Origin: Burkholderiales bacterium
GTDB lineage: Bacteria > Pseudomonadota > Gammaproteobacteria > Burkholderiales > Burkholderiaceae_C
Length of the DNA stretch: 60,193 nucleotides
Reading direction: 5' to 3'
NCBI GenBank assembly: GCA_947462175.1
Contig: CANHOE010000001.1
Span: forward strand, 1-60,193
Positions 56,404 to 60,193 of this stretch are shown piece after piece. The first letter of the stretch is position 1; each line of letters begins with the position of its first letter. A program made the position numbers and the translations under genes. The notes under the pieces are model-generated. The model was given only the letters and a program-made list of their open reading frames with translations, ran no database searches and was not told the DNA's origin.

Positions 56404-57210
56404 TCAGCGGTGCAGCCAGCGCGCGTGCAGCCAGCGGGCTGCCACATCGAGCGCGTAGCCCAGCGCACCGATCAGCACGATGGCGGCCATCAGTTCGTCG
56501 TAGGCCAGCCGGTCTCTGGTGTCGAGAATGAAGTAGCCCAAGCCAGCCGACACGCCCAGCATTTCGGCCGGCACCAGCACGATCCAGATGATGCCGATGG
56601 CCAGTCGCACGCCGGTCAGGATCTGTGCTGTGATCCCGGGCAGCACCACGCGCAGCACGGTTTCACGACGTGTGGCCGACAGGCTGCGCGCCAGCAGCAG
56701 CCAGTTGGGATCGAGCTGGGCCACGCCGGCGGCGGTGTTCAGCAGCATCGGCCACACTGCCGCGAAGGCGAGCAGGAAATACACCGGCGCGTCGCCCACG
56801 CCGAGCACCATCACGGCGATCGGCATCCACGACAGTGGCGACACCATGCGCAGGAACTGGAAAAGCGGCGTGGTGCCTTCGGCAAAGCGCCTGGACAAGC
56901 CGGTCAGCACACCCAGCGGCACACCGATGGCCACCGCCAGGCCCAGACCGACCGCCACGCGCTGCAAGCTGGTGACCACGTGCGGCCACAACTCTCCACT
57001 GGCCAGCAAGCGCGCCAGCGCCTGCAGCGCGGGCCAGGGCGCGAACGACTCCGCTATGGGCGTGCGCAAGATGAGCAGCTGCGCACCGATCCACCACAGG
57101 ACCACGGCCAGTGCCAGGCCGACCCAGGGCAGCAGCCGGTGCCAGTGCGGCACCGCCGGCGGCGCCGACTCCACGGCATCGACGGGGGCTGCGTTGGCCA
57201 AATCGCTCAC
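56404..57210 (-). CDS. ABC transporter permease, NitT/TauT (nitrate/sulfonate/bicarbonate) family
   Basis: GTG 57210 is preceded by GAGGAG at about -8. It shows a BPD_transp_1-type core with the EAA-like loop (ARSLSATRRETVLRVVLPG). Confidence 0.85.
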   Translation of the reverse strand: MSDLANAAPVDAVESAPPAVPHWHRLLPWVGLALAVVLWWIGAQLLILRTPIAESFAPWPALQALARLLASGELWPHVVTSLQRVAVGLGLAVAIGVPLGVLTGLSRRFAEGTTPLFQFLRMVSPLSWMPIAVMVLGVGDAPVYFLLAFAAVWPMLLNTAAGVAQLDPNWLLLARSLSATRRETVLRVVLPGITAQILTGVRLAIGIIWIVLVPAEMLGVSAGLGYFILDTRDRLAYDELMAAIVLIGALGYALDVAARWLHARWLHR

Positions 57211-57220
57211 GTCGCGCTCC

Positions 57221-58471
57221 TCAAACCTGCACCATTTCCTTGCGCAGCAAGTTGGCGGGCAGGCCGAACACCTGCGGGCCACCCACTGCGGTCAGCGACT
57301 TGCGCACGAAACGGTCATCGACCAAATCACCGGCAACGAACTTCGGATCCAGCGCTTCAAGGAATCGGGTGTCCCCCTCGACCTTGGTCTGCCGGATCGC
57401 GCGCACCAGCTCTTCGGTGTAGCTGGCAAACGGGTACGGCTGGAAGTCGATGCGCCGCTGCGCCCAGCCCTTGTGACGCACCACCCCGCTGGCTTCGTAG
57501 CTCGCGTAGTCGGTGGCCGCCAGCACCTTGGTCAGCGTGCGCAGCGGGTGCGGCGTGTAGCGGCCCTCGCCACTGGTTGACAGCAGCCGGGCGGCATCGG
57601 TCTGGTTGTCGCGCGTCCACAGCTGCGCCTTCACGATGGCGGTGGTCACACGCTGCGCCCACTCTGGACGCTCGACCAGATCGCGCTCGGCCAGGAACGT
57701 CACGCAGCAGGCGTGGTTCTTCCAGACGTCGCCCGAAAAGCGCAATACCTTGCCCACGCCGGCGATCTCGGCAGCGGCGTTGAAGGGGTCGGCCACGATG
57801 AAGCCTGCGATCGAGCCGGCGGCCAGCGCCGACACCATCTCGGCCGGCGGCATCACGATCAGGTTGACCTCGTTGGGCGCGGTCTGGGCATCGCGTGCGC
57901 GCGTCACCGCCACCAGATTGTTGGCGCGCAGGATCTGCTGCAGCAGCACGTTGTGGATCGAGTACCAGAACGGAATCGCTACCGTGCGCCCCCCGAGTTC
58001 GGCCACGCTGTTGATGCTGGGTGCCACCGTCAGCGCTGAGCCGTTGACGTGGTTCCAGGCCACGATCTTGGCCGGGAACTTCGAACCGTAGCGCACCCAC
58101 AGTGCAGCTGGGGTCAGCAGGTGAATCACGTTGACCTGGCCCGATACGAAGGCTTCGACGATCTGCGCCCAGCTGCGGAACAGCCGTGGCGCTTCGGCGC
58201 GCAGGCCTTCGGCTTCGTACATCTTGCGGCTGTGGGCCACGAGCAGCGGCGTGGCATCGGTGATCGGCAGGTAGCCGATCTTGACCGGCTGGTCATCGCC
58301 CTTGAAGGCCTGCGCTCGCGCATCGCCGGCGCTCAGCAGCGGCGCAGCCACCGCTGCGGTGGCCAGCGCGCCCAGACGCAGCATGTCGCGCCGCGTCAGA
58401 CCGCAGCCGCAATCCGATGAGGCGCAGATGTGCGTGTAGCGCGAGGCCATGGAGGTGTCGATGATCGTCAT
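57221..58471 (-). CDS. ABC transporter periplasmic substrate-binding protein (NMT1/NrtA-like) with a Tat signal
   Basis: It has a twin-arginine signal (LTRRDMLRLGALATAAVAAPLLSAGDARA). The fold looks NMT1-like (VKIGYLPITDATPLLVA...). Confidence 0.8.
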   Translation of the reverse strand: MTIIDTSMASRYTHICASSDCGCGLTRRDMLRLGALATAAVAAPLLSAGDARAQAFKGDDQPVKIGYLPITDATPLLVAHSRKMYEAEGLRAEAPRLFRSWAQIVEAFVSGQVNVIHLLTPAALWVRYGSKFPAKIVAWNHVNGSALTVAPSINSVAELGGRTVAIPFWYSIHNVLLQQILRANNLVAVTRARDAQTAPNEVNLIVMPPAEMVSALAAGSIAGFIVADPFNAAAEIAGVGKVLRFSGDVWKNHACCVTFLAERDLVERPEWAQRVTTAIVKAQLWTRDNQTDAARLLSTSGEGRYTPHPLRTLTKVLAATDYASYEASGVVRHKGWAQRRIDFQPYPFASYTEELVRAIRQTKVEGDTRFLEALDPKFVAGDLVDDRFVRKSLTAVGGPQVFGLPANLLRKEMVQV

Positions 58472-58498
58472 GGGAGCTTTCTTCGAGGCGGGGTGGAT

Positions 58499-59299
58499 TC
58501 AGGAGTGGCGAAGCGAGTGCAGGGCGGCCAGGATGTCAAGCCGCAGCGCGGTCACTTCGGCGGGATGGTCTTCGCGCGGGCGCTCGATAGACACCGACCA
58601 TTCGTGCAGTACGCGCGCCGGATGCGCGGGCTGCGTGCGCCCCATCAGCAAGATGCGATCGGCGACCAGGATGGCCTCGTCGATGTCGTGCGTGACCAGC
58701 AGCGCTGCGGTGTGCCAGCGATGCACCAGTTCAACCAGCAAGGTCTGCATCTCGGCGCGAGTGATCGCATCAAGCGCCGAAAAAGGCTCGTCGGCCAGCA
58801 GCAGCTGAGGCTCGCGCGCCAGGGCGCGGGCCAGCGCCACGCGCTGCGCCATGCCACCCGACAACTGCGCGGGGTAGAGCTTGTCGTGGCCCGACAGCGA
58901 CACCGCCTCAAGCGCCTCGCGCACACGCGCTTCAAGCGCTGCCCGGTCGATCTCGGGCTGGTGCGAAAAATCAAGGCCGAAGCCCACGTTGCCCACGACG
59001 TTGAGCCACGGCAGCAGGCTTGGTTGCTGGAACACCAGCGCCGCCCGGGGGTGCGGCGATGTCAGTGGCTCGCCCAGAAACTCGACCTCGCCACGGGTCG
59101 GCTCGGCGAGCTTGGCGAGCACGCGCAGCAGCGAAGACTTGCCACAACCACTGCCGCCGAGCAACGCGACGATTTCGCGCGGGCGCACGTCGAGCGACAC
59201 CGCCTCGAAGATGGGTTGGCCCTTGCCGTACGCAAAAGCCAGATCGCGACCGCTCAGCGCGTACGGCGCCATCGGCGCCGCCTCGACCCTGGCGTGCAT
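58499..59299 (-). CDS. ABC transporter ATP-binding protein, NitT/TauT family
   Basis: It carries Walker A (GGSGCGKSSLL), the signature (LSGGMAQRVALARAL) and Walker B (LLLADEPFSALD). The start is ATG 59299, with 59269 as an alternative. The upstream part of the ORF is unlikely to be coding. Confidence 0.85.
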   Translation of the reverse strand: MHARVEAAPMAPYALSGRDLAFAYGKGQPIFEAVSLDVRPREIVALLGGSGCGKSSLLRVLAKLAEPTRGEVEFLGEPLTSPHPRAALVFQQPSLLPWLNVVGNVGFGLDFSHQPEIDRAALEARVREALEAVSLSGHDKLYPAQLSGGMAQRVALARALAREPQLLLADEPFSALDAITRAEMQTLLVELVHRWHTAALLVTHDIDEAILVADRILLMGRTQPAHPARVLHEWSVSIERPREDHPAEVTALRLDILAALHSLRHS

Positions 59300-59672
59300 C
59301 ACCGCGGGCGGACGGCCTGTCGGGCCGTCGGGTGTCTGAAAGGGTGGGGCGTCATCAGTGAATCTGGAATGAAAGGCAAAACTCGCGATTGTTCCACTGC
59401 TCGACGAGCGGCGTGAAGGCGCGACATCACGAGGGCCCCGGACTGTGCCGTCACGGCAAGCGTCAGGCAAAGAATATTTGCGACTATCCATAGAGCAAAC
59501 ATGTCGATCGGCGTGCGCCGGCCACCGTACGTCGCCCTGACGCCCGCATGGTGCGGCGCGGTGCATAAAATGGAGGGTTCGTCAGATGGACGGCAACCGA
59601 GGCCTCGCGTCTGAAGGTCATCGCGTCCGCGGCGCTTCAAGGCGCTCTCAACAATTTCCGGAGACTCAGCTC

Positions 59673-60193
59673 ATGTCATCGACCGACAACACGACCAGCA
59701 CCGTCAAGACTTACCTGCGTCCGATCGACCGCGACGGCCTGCTGGCCTTTGCCGAGAAGGGCCGCAACAACCCCTCCTCACGCGGCACCAACAAGGTCCA
59801 CACTGTCGTCGAAGGCCAGTACCGCACGCTGAGCTATGTGGGTAACCATGCTCCAGTGGTGGTTGACGAGCCGCCTCACCTGTTCGGCCAGGACACCGCA
59901 CCGGCGCCCGGCGAGATCGTGTTGTCGGCATTGGGCGGGTGCCTCGCCGTGGGCATCACAGCCGTGGCCACCTGGAAGCAGGTGAATTTGAGCAAGCTCG
60001 AACTGTTTCTGGAAGGCGACATCGGCAACCCTGCTGCGTGGGGAGCCGGTGGCGCGCTGAAGGCGCCGGCCGACATGGGCTTTCAGGCGGTCCGTGTGAA
60101 GGTGGTCATCGAAGGCGACGCCACTCGCGAAGTGCTCGACGAGATCGTGCAGCACGCCAACATGTATTCGCCTGTGGCCAACAGCGTACGCAA
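59673..60193 (+). CDS. OsmC/Ohr-family protein, 3'-truncated by the window edge
   Basis: This ORF is absent from the supplied track because it has no stop in the window. GGAGA lies 9 nt upstream of ATG 59673. My own translation reads MSSTDNTTSTVKTYLRPIDRD...FGQDTAPAPGEIVLSALGGCLAVGI...ANMYSPVANSVR, which is an OsmC-like core. Confidence 0.7.
   Translation, partial: MSSTDNTTSTVKTYLRPIDRDGLLAFAEKGRNNPSSRGTNKVHTVVEGQYRTLSYVGNHAPVVVDEPPHLFGQDTAPAPGEIVLSALGGCLAVGITAVATWKQVNLSKLELFLEGDIGNPAAWGAGGALKAPADMGFQAVRVKVVIEGDATREVLDEIVQHANMYSPVANSVR

Overview
The window is visibly GC-rich (G/C dominates third codon positions; I did not compute a value) and densely coding, with about 50 genes. Protein similarities suggest a Betaproteobacteria/Burkholderiales-type chromosome, but that is inference only.

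Content, left to right:
1. The 3' 10 kb of a giant FhaB/TpsA-like exoprotein. Its 5' end lies outside the window. A tightly linked GT4 glycosyltransferase follows, closed by a hairpin.
2. A 10-gene, overlap-coupled operon (11321-21166). An unusual Ton-like module comes first: a DUF2341+LamG+ExbB/MotA fusion, ExbD, a TonB-like protein, a porin-like OMP and a secreted coiled-coil protein. It runs straight into the exopolysaccharide (EPS) export genes typical of exosortase loci: a Wza-like lipoprotein, a beta-barrel, a Wzz/GumC-like chain-length determinant and a BY-kinase-like ATPase.
3. A small PEP-CTERM protein, then a convergent exosortase-EpsI fusion and the PrsT TPR lipoprotein.
4. About 25 kb of EPS biosynthesis and decoration genes: 6-7 GT4/GT2 transferases, Wzx-like and Wzy-like proteins, UDP-xylose synthase, two different GDP-mannose dehydratase paralogs, three SAM methyltransferases, a WcaF-like acetyltransferase, and a separately encoded AT3 plus SGNH pair. 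This block also holds an NHL-propeller secreted protein, a lipoprotein and an SLT lytic transglycosylase.
5. A 700-aa beta-helix PEP-CTERM protein and a WcaI-like GT.
6. A queC-queD-queE-queF cluster in which queD is a triple T-fold fusion.
7. A NitT/TauT-type ABC transporter and a 3'-truncated OsmC-family gene.

I recognised no rRNA, tRNA, CRISPR array, IS element, integrase or priming (polyprenyl-phosphate) sugar transferase.

The best candidate for an undescribed system is the Ton-like motor, porin-like OMP and coiled-coil module fused transcriptionally to the PEP-CTERM/EPS export genes. All functional calls rest on by-eye motif and family recognition in the supplied translations. No database search was run.
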